Positions 7,466 through 18,839 of a stretch of DNA of 44,565 bases are shown here, one piece after another. The notes under the pieces are model-generated. The model searched no databases and was not told where the DNA came from. It was given only the letters and a program-made list of their open reading frames with translations. A program made the translations under genes and the position numbers. Source of the stretch: an uncultured Collinsella sp. (GTDB lineage: Bacteria > Actinomycetota > Coriobacteriia > Coriobacteriales > Coriobacteriaceae); contig URYT01000001.1 in assembly GCA_900552185.1 (NCBI GenBank), positions 1-44,565 on the forward strand. The letters are read 5' to 3'. How positions within the stretch are numbered: the stretch's first letter is position 1; every line of letters begins with the position of its first letter.

Positions 7466-9919
7466 ATGCGTGTTTCTTACGACTGGCTCAAGACCATGAT
7501 CGATATTCCGGAGGATCCCAAGACCCTTTCGGACGAATATATCCGTACCGGCACCGAGGTCGAGGCGATCGACACCGTGGGCGAGTCCTTCGACCACGTG
7601 GTGACCGCCCAGGTGCTCACCAAGACCCCGCACCCCGATAGCGACCACATGTATGTGTGCTCGGTCGACGTGGGTGACAAGAACCTCGACGCCGACGGCA
7701 ACCCCGCCCCGCTGCAGATCGTCTGTGGCGCGCAGAACTTCGAGGCCGGCGACCACATCGTCACGGCAATGATCGGCGCTGTGCTTCCCGGCGACGTCAA
7801 GATCAAGAAGAGCAAGCTTCGCGGCGTCGTGTCCATGGGCATGAACTGCTCTGCGCGCGAGCTCGGCCTGGGCGGCGACCACTCCGGCATCATGATTCTG
7901 CCCGAGGACACGCCCTGCGGTATGCCGTTTGCCGAGTACGTGGGCTCGAGCGACACCGTGCTCGACTGTGAGATCACGCCCAACCGTCCCGACTGCCTGT
8001 CCATGATCGGCATGGCCCGCGAGACCGGCGCCATCTTCGATCGCGATTTCCACGTTGAGCTGCCCGCCATTAAGGCCGAGGCCGGCCGCGCGACCGACGA
8101 CGAGCTTTCCGTCGAGATCGCTGACGAGGGCCTGTGCGACCGCTACGTTGCCCGCATCGTGCGCAACGTCAAGGTCGGCCCGTCGCCCGACTGGATGGTC
8201 AAGCGCCTCAACGCCCTGGGCGTGCGTCCGCACAACAACATCGTCGACATCACCAACTATGTGATGATGCTCACCGGTCAGCCGCTGCACGCCTTTGACC
8301 TGGACACCTTTGCCGAGCGCGATGGCCATCGTCGCGTGGTGGTTCGCGCCGCCCAACAGGACGAGAAGTTTACGACCCTCGATGGCGAGGAGCGCACGCT
8401 CGACGCCGGCATGGGCCTCATCACCGACGGCGAGCGTCCCGTGGCGCTGGCCGGCGTAATGGGCGGCATGGATTCCGAGATCGAGGACGACACCGTCGAC
8501 GTGATGGTCGAGAGCGCCTGCTTCAACGCCGGTCGCACCTCGCACACCAGCCGCGATCTGTCGCTGATCTCCGACGCCTCCATTCGCTTTGAGCGCCAGG
8601 TCGACGAGACCGGCTGCGTGGATGTCGCCAACGTTACCTGCGCGCTGATCGAGGAGATCGCCGGCGGCGAGGTTGCTCCCGGCTATGTGGACGTGTTCCC
8701 CGCGCCCAAGACCATCGACAGCATTAAGCTGCGCCTGGCCCGCGTGCGTGCCATCTGCGGTGCCGACATCGAGCCCGACTTTATCGAGCGTTCGCTCACC
8801 CGCCTGGGTTGCACCGTCGAGCGCGACGGCGAGGACTTTATGGTCACGCCGCCGAGCTTCCGTCCCGACCTGCCGCGTGAGATCGACCTGATCGAGGAGG
8901 TCTTGCGCCTATGGGGCATGGGCCGCGTGACGGCGACCATTCCGGCTGCCAAGAACCACATCGGCGGTCTGACCCGCGAGCAGAAGCTCACTCGTAAGGT
9001 CGGCGAGATCCTGCGCGCCTGCGGCCTCAACGAGACCACGACCTTTGGCTTTGCCGCCCCGGGCGACCTGGAGAAGATTGGTATGTCCACCGAGGGCCGC
9101 GGCTGCCCCGTGGTTCTCATGAACCCGCTGGTGGCCGAGCAGACCGAGATGCGCCGCTCGCTGCTGCCGGGTCTGCTGCAGTCTGTGGCCTACAACGAGG
9201 CCCACGGTACGCCCAACGTGCATCTGTACGAGGTCGGCAGCTTGTTCCACGGTCGCGAGAACGCCAGCCTGCCCAAGGAGACCAAGTCCGTGGCGGGCGT
9301 GCTCTCGGGCCAGTGGAGCGAGCGGTCTTGGAACATGAAGTACCGCAAGCTGCGTTTCTTCTTTGGCAAGGGCATCGTTGAGGAGCTGCTTGCCCAGCTG
9401 CGCATCGAGAAGGTTCGCTTCCGTCCCGTCGAGGGCGAGAGCTATGCCTTCCTGCAACCGGGTCGTGCTGCCGAGGTACTCTCGGGCGGTACCGTGCTGG
9501 GCTGGGTTGGCGAGATCCACCCCGAGGCGCGCGAGACTATGGGCATTGACGAGGTCGTCGTTGCCTTTGAGCTCGACCTGGACAAGCTGATCAAGGGCGC
9601 CCGCAACCAGGAGAACTACCGTGAGTTCTCGCAGTACCCGGCCGTTGAGCACGACCTTGCTATCGTAGTCGACAACACTGTGACCTGCGAGGATCTTGAG
9701 CGTCGTATTACGAGTGCCGGCGGCAAGCTGCTCGAGGGCGTGCGCCTGTTCGATGTCTACCGCGATCCCATCCGTATCGGTGCGGGCAAGAAGTCCATGG
9801 CCTTTGCGCTTACGTATCGCTCCGACGACCATACGCTCACCAGCGAAGAGGTCGAAAAAGCGCACCAGAAGATCGTCACCAAGGTGTGCAAGGGCGTAAA
9901 CGGCGAGGTCCGCGGCTAG
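7466..9919 (+). CDS. pheT: Phenylalanine--tRNA ligase beta subunit
   Basis: MRVSYDWL start, OB fold (IVCGA, KLRGVVSMGM), ITPNRPDCLS, RPDLPREIDLIEEV, and C-terminal FDX-ACB domain (LFDVY, KSMAF). Confidence 0.97.
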   Translation: MRVSYDWLKTMIDIPEDPKTLSDEYIRTGTEVEAIDTVGESFDHVVTAQVLTKTPHPDSDHMYVCSVDVGDKNLDADGNPAPLQIVCGAQNFEAGDHIVTAMIGAVLPGDVKIKKSKLRGVVSMGMNCSARELGLGGDHSGIMILPEDTPCGMPFAEYVGSSDTVLDCEITPNRPDCLSMIGMARETGAIFDRDFHVELPAIKAEAGRATDDELSVEIADEGLCDRYVARIVRNVKVGPSPDWMVKRLNALGVRPHNNIVDITNYVMMLTGQPLHAFDLDTFAERDGHRRVVVRAAQQDEKFTTLDGEERTLDAGMGLITDGERPVALAGVMGGMDSEIEDDTVDVMVESACFNAGRTSHTSRDLSLISDASIRFERQVDETGCVDVANVTCALIEEIAGGEVAPGYVDVFPAPKTIDSIKLRLARVRAICGADIEPDFIERSLTRLGCTVERDGEDFMVTPPSFRPDLPREIDLIEEVLRLWGMGRVTATIPAAKNHIGGLTREQKLTRKVGEILRACGLNETTTFGFAAPGDLEKIGMSTEGRGCPVVLMNPLVAEQTEMRRSLLPGLLQSVAYNEAHGTPNVHLYEVGSLFHGRENASLPKETKSVAGVLSGQWSERSWNMKYRKLRFFFGKGIVEELLAQLRIEKVRFRPVEGESYAFLQPGRAAEVLSGGTVLGWVGEIHPEARETMGIDEVVVAFELDLDKLIKGARNQENYREFSQYPAVEHDLAIVVDNTVTCEDLERRITSAGGKLLEGVRLFDVYRDPIRIGAGKKSMAFALTYRSDDHTLTSEEVEKAHQKIVTKVCKGVNGEVRG

Positions 9920-10041
9920 GTCCTGCGCTGGGGTATGGGTCAGCGGTGGCTGCTGCCGAGTCCTACGTGACTGCTGTTTTCGGTATAAGGCACCGTTGAG
10001 CCTGCATATATGACACGCGCATTACATAACGGCGTGCTGCT

Positions 10042-10070
10042 TTGTCGGCAGTGCGCCGTTTTGCTATGAT
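10042..10070 (+). promoter_or_regulatory. Putative sigma-70 promoter of the nik operon
   Basis: TTGTCG-N17-TATGAT with TG extension. It overlaps a hairpin (10028-10060) that probably terminates pheT. Confidence 0.55.
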
Positions 10071-10080
10071 AGCCCGCGGC

Positions 10081-10108
10081 GTGTTACGAATCTGACATTA
10101 CGTAACAC
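10081..10108. promoter_or_regulatory. NikR-type operator
   Basis: Perfect inverted repeat GTGTTACG-N12-CGTAACAC (GTGTTA-N16-TAACAC) just downstream of the -10 and upstream of nikM. The N16 spacing is that of NikR operators. Confidence 0.8.
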
Positions 10109-10165
10109 TGGAAAGGTGATTCAAGCGGCGTTGCAATTCCGTGCGCCGATAACCGGGAGGCGTAC

Positions 10166-11251
10166 ATGCACATTCCAGATAATTATCTGTCCCCGCAGAC
10201 CGATGCCGTCATGGCGGTGGCGATGGTGCCCGTCTGGGCTCACTGTATCAAGAAGGTGCGCGCCACGCTCGATCGCGAGCACATGGCTTTCCTAGGCATC
10301 TGCGCCGCATTTTCCTTCTTGCTTATGATGTTCAACGTGCCGCTGCCCGGCGGCACCACTGGCCACGCCGTTGGTGGCGCACTCATCGCGCTGCTGCTGG
10401 GCCCCGAGGCCGCGGCTATCGCGGTTTCGGTCGCGCTGGCGCTGCAAGCGCTGCTGTTTGGCGACGGCGGCATCCTGTCCTTTGGCGCTAACTGCTTTAA
10501 CATGGCCTTCGTGTTGCCGTTTGCCGCAGCCATCGTGTTCCGCGCGCTTAACAGCCGTTTGCACGACAAGAGCTGGGGCACCTCGGTTTCGGCCATCGTA
10601 AGCGGCTGGGTCGGCCTGTGCCTGGCGGCCCTGTGCGCAGCAATCGAGTTTGGTATTCAGCCGATGCTTTTCACGAGTGCTTCGGGCGCTCCGCTGTACT
10701 GTCCCTTCCCGCTGTCCATTGCCATTCCGGCCATGATGATCCCGCATATGTTGGTAGCCGGCGTGGTCGAGGGCGTGGCGACTGCCGCGATCTACGGCTT
10801 TATCAAGAAGACGGCGCCGGGCGTTATCGTCGGCCCCGAAGCCGCCGATGGACAGCTTGCTGCCGAGGGCGCTGCTGCAAAGAAGACCTCGCTGGTCCCC
10901 ACGCTCATCTTGGTTGCCGTGCTTGTCGTGGCCACGCCGCTGGGCCTGCTGGCCACGGGTGACGCCTGGGGTGAGTGGGACGCCGAGGGCGCCGCGACCG
11001 CCGTTCAGGAGGCTGGCGACGACAGCCTGCAGGCTTCGGTCGGTCTCGACACCCCGACCTTTGCCGACGCTCTGCCTACGGGTGATTACCTGCAGGCCTA
11101 TTCCGAGGAGCAGGGTCTCGGCTTTGCCGGTCAGGCTGCCATGTATATCCTGTCCGGCGTGATTGGCGTGGCGGTGCTCACCATCGCATTCCGTCTGATC
11201 TCGCTGACGGTCAAGGAAAGCGGAGCCCATGGCGATGGTCGAGCTGCCTAG
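10166..11251 (+). CDS. nikMN: Nickel ECF transporter substrate component, NikM-NikN fusion (CbiM family)
   Basis: N-terminus MHIPDNYL (NikM-type rather than CbiM MHIMEG), GTTGHAVG, QALLFGDGG, and a C-terminal extra TM/extracellular part with AWGEW. Confidence 0.85.
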   Translation: MHIPDNYLSPQTDAVMAVAMVPVWAHCIKKVRATLDREHMAFLGICAAFSFLLMMFNVPLPGGTTGHAVGGALIALLLGPEAAAIAVSVALALQALLFGDGGILSFGANCFNMAFVLPFAAAIVFRALNSRLHDKSWGTSVSAIVSGWVGLCLAALCAAIEFGIQPMLFTSASGAPLYCPFPLSIAIPAMMIPHMLVAGVVEGVATAAIYGFIKKTAPGVIVGPEAADGQLAAEGAAAKKTSLVPTLILVAVLVVATPLGLLATGDAWGEWDAEGAATAVQEAGDDSLQASVGLDTPTFADALPTGDYLQAYSEEQGLGFAGQAAMYILSGVIGVAVLTIAFRLISLTVKESGAHGDGRAA

Positions 11252-12065
11252 CTGGCTTGCGGCCGAGGAGCGATACGAGCCCACGGGCGCTCGTCATCGC
11301 GTGATGCAAAAGAACGTCCTGCACCTGGCGAGCCTGCTTGAGCGGGTTCGCCTGGGTGGAGGCGCGCACGAGGGCGGGTCGATGGTCGACCGCGCCCTTT
11401 CTTGCGTTTCGGCTCCGGTGCGCCTGGTGGGGATATTCGTTTGCGTCCTGTGCGTGTGCCTGACACAAAGCCCGCTGTACCTCATGTTGATGGCGGCCAT
11501 TGCGCTGGTGCTCGTTGCCGTGCGTCCCGTACGCGGGCTGCGCGCGACCTTTGTGCCGGCGCTTGGCGCCGCGGGGCTCGCAGTGGTTTTGGCGCTGCCT
11601 GCCCTGCTGCTGGGTGCTTCCGCTACGGGCGCCATGCTCAAGATTGCGCTCAAGACCTTCATTAATGTGTCGCTGGTGCTGGGCGTTTCGTGGACCCTCA
11701 CGTGGAGCCGCATGTCGGCGGCGCTCAAGATGCTGCATCTACCCGACGAAGTTATCTTTACGTTTGATATGGCGCTCAAGCACATCGAGGTGCTGGGTCG
11801 TACGGCGCACGATCTGTGCGAATCGGTCATGCTGCGCAGCGTTGGCCGTGCGCCCGAGGGATTTTCGCGTACCGATTCGATCGCGGGTATCATGGGCATG
11901 ACCTTTATCAAGGCGATGAAATGCAGCCGCGCGATGGACGAGGCTATGCTTTGCCGCGGCTTTGCCGGTGCGTATCCGGCTCCCGCGCGCGCCAGGTTTG
12001 GCTGGCGCGATGCGGCCTATGCGGCCGGCGTGGCGCTGCTGACAGTGTTGTGCGCCGTGCTGTAG
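11229..12065 (+). CDS. nikQ: ECF transporter T component (NikQ/CbiQ)
   Basis: Multi-TM, with 'VMLRS' and 'AMLCRGF' coupling-helix motifs. Overlaps nikMN. Confidence 0.85.
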   Translation: MAMVELPSWLAAEERYEPTGARHRVMQKNVLHLASLLERVRLGGGAHEGGSMVDRALSCVSAPVRLVGIFVCVLCVCLTQSPLYLMLMAAIALVLVAVRPVRGLRATFVPALGAAGLAVVLALPALLLGASATGAMLKIALKTFINVSLVLGVSWTLTWSRMSAALKMLHLPDEVIFTFDMALKHIEVLGRTAHDLCESVMLRSVGRAPEGFSRTDSIAGIMGMTFIKAMKCSRAMDEAMLCRGFAGAYPAPARARFGWRDAAYAAGVALLTVLCAVL

Positions 12066-12093
12066 GCGCTGCTGGTTCCGACTGGGGATGTAA

Positions 12094-12882
12094 ATGGGGA
12101 AGGGCGACGTTTTGACGATCGATATGAATAGTGCGGCGGGCACGAACGGTGTGGGCGGCGCCGAGGTCGTTCCGCTCATCGAGCTGCGCGACGTGGTGTT
12201 CTCCTATGCGGGGCATACGGTTGTCGATGGCGTGTCGCTGCAGGTCGATCGTGGTGAACTCGTTGCCCTGCTCGGTCCCAACGGCTGCGGCAAGACGACG
12301 ATTATGCGTCTTATTAACGGCCTTGAACTCGCGGACGCAGGGGCATACCTGTTTGACGGGCACGTGGTCGATGCGGCGTATCTGAAGGATTCTGCTGCTG
12401 CTCAGAAGTTCCACCAGCGCGTGGGCTTCGTATTCCAAAACGCCGATGCCCAGCTGTTCTGCGCCACGGTGGGCGAGGAAGTTGCTTTTGGTCCCGCGCA
12501 GATGGGGCTGCCGGCAGACGAGCTCGAGCGCCGCGTGCGCGATGCCATGGGGCTGTTCCAGGTTGCCGACCTTGCCGACGCCTCTCCCTATCAGCTCTCG
12601 GGCGGGCAAAAGAAGTGTGTGGCGCTGGCGGCAGTTGTATCGATGAATCCCGAAATCCTAGTGCTCGATGAGCCCACCAATGGGCTCGACGAGGATTCAT
12701 GCGACATCGTGGTCAACTTCTTGCTGGCCTACGTCGCGGCGGGTAAGACGGTCTTGATGAGCACGCATCACCAGGATTTGGTGCGACGCCTGGGTGCCCG
12801 TGCAATCTATATCGATCGATATCACCATGTGGTCGAGACGCCTTCGCCGTCGTATGGAACCGAAAGCGGTACTACGGACTAG
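12094..12882 (+). CDS. nikO: ECF transporter ATPase (NikO/CbiO)
   Basis: Walker A GPNGCGKT, VFQNADAQLF, signature LSGGQKK, Walker B LVLDEP, STH. Confidence 0.9.
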   Translation: MGKGDVLTIDMNSAAGTNGVGGAEVVPLIELRDVVFSYAGHTVVDGVSLQVDRGELVALLGPNGCGKTTIMRLINGLELADAGAYLFDGHVVDAAYLKDSAAAQKFHQRVGFVFQNADAQLFCATVGEEVAFGPAQMGLPADELERRVRDAMGLFQVADLADASPYQLSGGQKKCVALAAVVSMNPEILVLDEPTNGLDEDSCDIVVNFLLAYVAAGKTVLMSTHHQDLVRRLGARAIYIDRYHHVVETPSPSYGTESGTTD

Positions 12883-12962
12883 TTGCTGCGTAGAGCGTGC
12901 GTAGCCGCCCGCGCGGCTTTGCCGTGATGGTATAGTTATCCAGGTTTTTTATGGGGGTGGCT

Positions 12963-13811
12963 ATGCCAAGTTGGAACATTCATATCGCTCAGACGGAGCG
13001 TTTGCTGGAGCGCACCGGTGCACTTGCCAATAGCGTGCGCGACCGCAATGCCTTTTTGTTTGGCTGCGTGGTTCCGGATATCTTCGTGGGCTATATGGTC
13101 CCTGGCATCGCCGATCCCATCCCGTACCGCATTACGCACTTTGCAAAGCCCGAGCCTATCCCTAAGCCTCGTGAGCATGAGTTCTGGGATACCTATGTGG
13201 CACCGTTGCTTAAAAGTTCGCCCACCGGTGCGCCAGCCGCGGCTACCTCGATTGTCGAGGAGCGCGAGCGACTGAATCGCGTGCACTATCCCCAGCGCTA
13301 CAGGGATGCCGAGCCGGTTGCCGGTCCCGGCGCCTGTGAGTTCTCGCTTGCATCCGAAGATGTGGCGCAGTCGTTGCTCGATTTGACACTGGGTGTCTGG
13401 TCGCATCTGGTGGCCGATACCGTATGGAATACGCGCGTGAATCAGTACCTGGAGGCGCACGGCGGCAAGCCGTGCGAGGAGTTCCGCATTAAAAAGCAAG
13501 GCGACTTTGACTGGTTTGGCAAGACGCTCGGCATTGTTTCGATTCCGCGCGCGACCGATCGCCTGTATACTGCGGCGACGCGTTTTGGGCAGTATCCCAT
13601 CCATAAGGAGTATGTGCTCAAGACCATCGGCGTTATGCACGAGATCGTGCGAGAAAACCCCGGTGAGCCCGACCATCCGCCATACCGCCTGCTGACCGAG
13701 GAGTTCTTCGACGCGACGTTTGCCGAGGTCATCGAGCTGACCGAGGCGGGCTTTGCGGCTCGCGTCGAATCGTCTGATGTGCCTGCGCTGCCCCTGATTG
13801 CTAGCTGCTAG
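12963..13811 (+). CDS. Zinc-dependent phospholipase C / HD-like metal-binding protein
   Basis: MPSWNIH N-terminus, FLFGCVVPD, THF and GVWSHLVAD fit the Zn_dep_PLPC-like pattern. Start placed at ATG 12963. Confidence 0.6.
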   Translation: MPSWNIHIAQTERLLERTGALANSVRDRNAFLFGCVVPDIFVGYMVPGIADPIPYRITHFAKPEPIPKPREHEFWDTYVAPLLKSSPTGAPAAATSIVEERERLNRVHYPQRYRDAEPVAGPGACEFSLASEDVAQSLLDLTLGVWSHLVADTVWNTRVNQYLEAHGGKPCEEFRIKKQGDFDWFGKTLGIVSIPRATDRLYTAATRFGQYPIHKEYVLKTIGVMHEIVRENPGEPDHPPYRLLTEEFFDATFAEVIELTEAGFAARVESSDVPALPLIASC

Positions 13812-13947
13812 CTGGCCGGCCCGGCAGTGAATAGCTCAACCCAATCGACCAACAGCTCCCGCCGAAGGGTATCTTCGGTGATGCGCTCGGCATCGGAGAG
13901 GCTTGCGACTGAACGCAAATCGATGAAGCGGCATATGAAGAAGGTCT

Positions 13948-13986
13948 TAAAAAAGGGCCCGGAAGGCAATGCCTTCCGGGCCCTTT
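13948..13986. terminator. Intrinsic terminator of pyk (probably bidirectional)
   Basis: AAAAAAGGGCCCGGAAGGCA-A-TGCCTTCCGGGCCCTTT, a perfect stem. Confidence 0.85.
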
Positions 13987-14014
13987 GCAATGCAAGTATG
14001 CTTGCAAGTGCGTT

Positions 14015-15475
14015 TTAGCGCACCTGAGCGACGTAAGCGACGTTGGTCGAGGAGACCTTGTCCTCGAGCTGGACGCTCATGCGGGGATCGCCGGCGGTAG
14101 CGACGGTCAGGTCGCCGGCCTCGACGTAGCCGAGCTCCTTAGCGGTCTCGATCGCCTTGACGATCGTGCCGTTGACGGTGCCCTGGGTAATCTCGGCCTG
14201 ATGCGGGATAACGCCCCAGTACATGATCATCTGCTGGACGGCCCACTCGTGGCGGGAGAACGCGCAGATCGGCATGTTGGGACGGAAGTGCGAAATCAGG
14301 CGAGCGGTACGACCGGTGGTCGTCGGCACGGTGATGCACTTGGCGCCAACGGTGGTGGCCATGTTCACAGCGGACATACCCACAACGTTGTTGACGACGC
14401 GGGTGCCATGAGCGTCGGCCGGAACCTCGAGCGGAGCGTGGGCCGGGAGGTACTTCTCGGTCTCGAGAGCAATGCTGGCCTGCATCTTGACGGCCTCGAC
14501 CGGGTACTTACCGGCAGCGGACTCGCCAGAGAGCATAACGGCGTCGGTGCCGTCGTAGATGGCGTTAGCAACGTCGGCAACCTCGGCGCGCGTCGGGCGC
14601 GGGTTCTGCTGCATGGAGTCGAGCATCTGCGTAGCGGTGATAACGGGCTTGTAGGCCGCGTTGCACTTGGCGATGATCTCCTTCTGGATGTGCGGAACGA
14701 GCTCGGGCTTGATCTCGATGCCCAGGTCGCCACGGGCGACCATGATGCCGTCGGAAGCCTCGAGGATCTCGTCGAAGTTCTCGACGCCCAGGGCGCACTC
14801 GATCTTCGGGAAGATCGTCACGTGCTCGCCGCCGTTCTCGCGGCAAAGCTCGCGGATGCCGCGGACGGACTCGCCGTCACGGATGAAGGAAGCGGCGATG
14901 TAGTCGATGTTCTCGGTCAGGCCAAAGAGGATGTCCTGACGATCGCGCTCGGTGATAGCGGGCAGCGAGATGTTGACGTTGGGCATGTTAACACCCTTGC
15001 GCTCGCCGATCAGGCCGTCGTTCTTGACGACGCAGGTCATGTCCTGGCCGTCGACGGACTCGACCTCGAGGGCAACCAGGCCGTCATCGATCAGGATGAG
15101 GGAGCCCTTCTCGACCTCGGAGGGCAGAGCCAGGTAGTCGAGGGAGATGTGCTCAGAGGTGCCGTGGAAATCCTCGGACGTGGGCTGAGCGGTGACGACG
15201 ATCTTGTCGCCGGTCTTGACGGCAACCTTCTTGCCATCGACCAGAAGGCCGGTGCGGACCTCGGGGCCCTTGGTGTCGAGCAGGATGCCGACGGGCAGAC
15301 CGAGCTCCTTGGAAATACGACGGACGCGCTCGATGCGACCGTGGTGCTCGTCGTAGGATCCGTGCGAGAAGTTAAAACGGGCGACGTTCATGCCCGCCTT
15401 GATCATCTCACGGATGGTCTCGTCGCTATCGCAGGCGGGACCCATGGTGCATACAATCTTGGTGCGCTTGTACAT
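14015..15475 (-). CDS. pyk: Pyruvate kinase
   Basis: RTKIVCTMGP, RFNFSHG, DTKGPEVR, MVARGDLG, TATQMLDSM, PTRAEVADVANA, MLSGES. Confidence 0.97.
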   Translation of the reverse strand: MYKRTKIVCTMGPACDSDETIREMIKAGMNVARFNFSHGSYDEHHGRIERVRRISKELGLPVGILLDTKGPEVRTGLLVDGKKVAVKTGDKIVVTAQPTSEDFHGTSEHISLDYLALPSEVEKGSLILIDDGLVALEVESVDGQDMTCVVKNDGLIGERKGVNMPNVNISLPAITERDRQDILFGLTENIDYIAASFIRDGESVRGIRELCRENGGEHVTIFPKIECALGVENFDEILEASDGIMVARGDLGIEIKPELVPHIQKEIIAKCNAAYKPVITATQMLDSMQQNPRPTRAEVADVANAIYDGTDAVMLSGESAAGKYPVEAVKMQASIALETEKYLPAHAPLEVPADAHGTRVVNNVVGMSAVNMATTVGAKCITVPTTTGRTARLISHFRPNMPICAFSRHEWAVQQMIMYWGVIPHQAEITQGTVNGTIVKAIETAKELGYVEAGDLTVATAGDPRMSVQLEDKVSSTNVAYVAQVR

Positions 15476-15804
15476 TCAGACCTCCATCTGACATCGTCTT
15501 GCGCTGATAGATAAACCATAAGAAATAAAACTGAGATGATTATAACGAAATGCCGACCGAATACCCCAAAAAATCGACCGTATGCCGAATTAGAAGTTCA
15601 TTTTTTGCGAATAAACGGTATATGCAAAAACTTTACCAACCGTTCTAACCGCTGCTATCTGGGCGATATTTCAGTTTGATGATGCACCGAAGAAAAAACG
15701 TTTTATCAATGTCGAACATCATACGGTCTGCATCGTTGCACTCGAGCCGTGTTTCCAATTGGAATGTTTTGGCTAGACGCGCCGCTTTGGGGTACCATAG
15801 CTCC

Positions 15805-15916
15805 ACTATCAACTGCCGCTCAGCACGGCAGCCTTGATGAGCCCTTGCCCTTCTCCTGGGAATTATGATCGGGCATCAATCTGCTGAGTGGCCCGAATCC
15901 CAGGAGGGGACTCTAT
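15805..15916 (+). promoter_or_regulatory. Structured 5' leader of the cation ATPase (candidate translational riboswitch)
   Basis: Two hairpins with complementary loops (CTCAGCA/TGCTGAG). The second hairpin sequesters the GGAGG RBS. Putative TTGGCT-N18-TACCAT promoter upstream. Confidence 0.55.
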
Positions 15917-18598
<2,682 letters not shown>

Positions 18599-18609
18599 CG
18601 CACTCGTCC

Positions 18610-18697
18610 GGGCCCGCCCCACGCCCTTTCTCCCTCACTGGTCCTCGCGCTTCGCGCTGTGGAATCGTTCGGGAGAAAGGGCTTCCGGGGCGGGCCC
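18610..18697. repeat. REP/MITE-like long hairpin downstream of the ATPase
   Basis: GGGCCCGCCCC..GCCCTTTCTCCC / GGGAGAAAGGGC..GGGGCGGGCCC arms with a central GCGC-TTC-GCGC. Confidence 0.6.
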
Positions 18698-18839
18698 TGC
18701 GGTATCCTTGCTGGCTTTTCTCCCGCGCGGATGATAAAGGGCTGAGGGAAAGTTTGTGAGCTGGTCGGGCTTTGCCCGGCCAGCTCTATTTGATTTAAAA
18801 TACCTGCTCAGTTGTGATTTATGGTGCTGGGAGGCGCTT

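Noticed and set aside
9920..10165. Possible cobalamin or NiCo riboswitch upstream of the CbiM-family gene
   Set aside because: No B12-box or NiCo consensus seen. The leader is short and holds a NikR-type DNA palindrome instead.
15805..15916. yybP-ykoY (Mn2+) or M-box riboswitch before the P-type ATPase
   Set aside because: The expected GGGGAGUA/CGAGACC or M-box motifs are not visible. Reported as an unassigned structure pending an Rfam scan.
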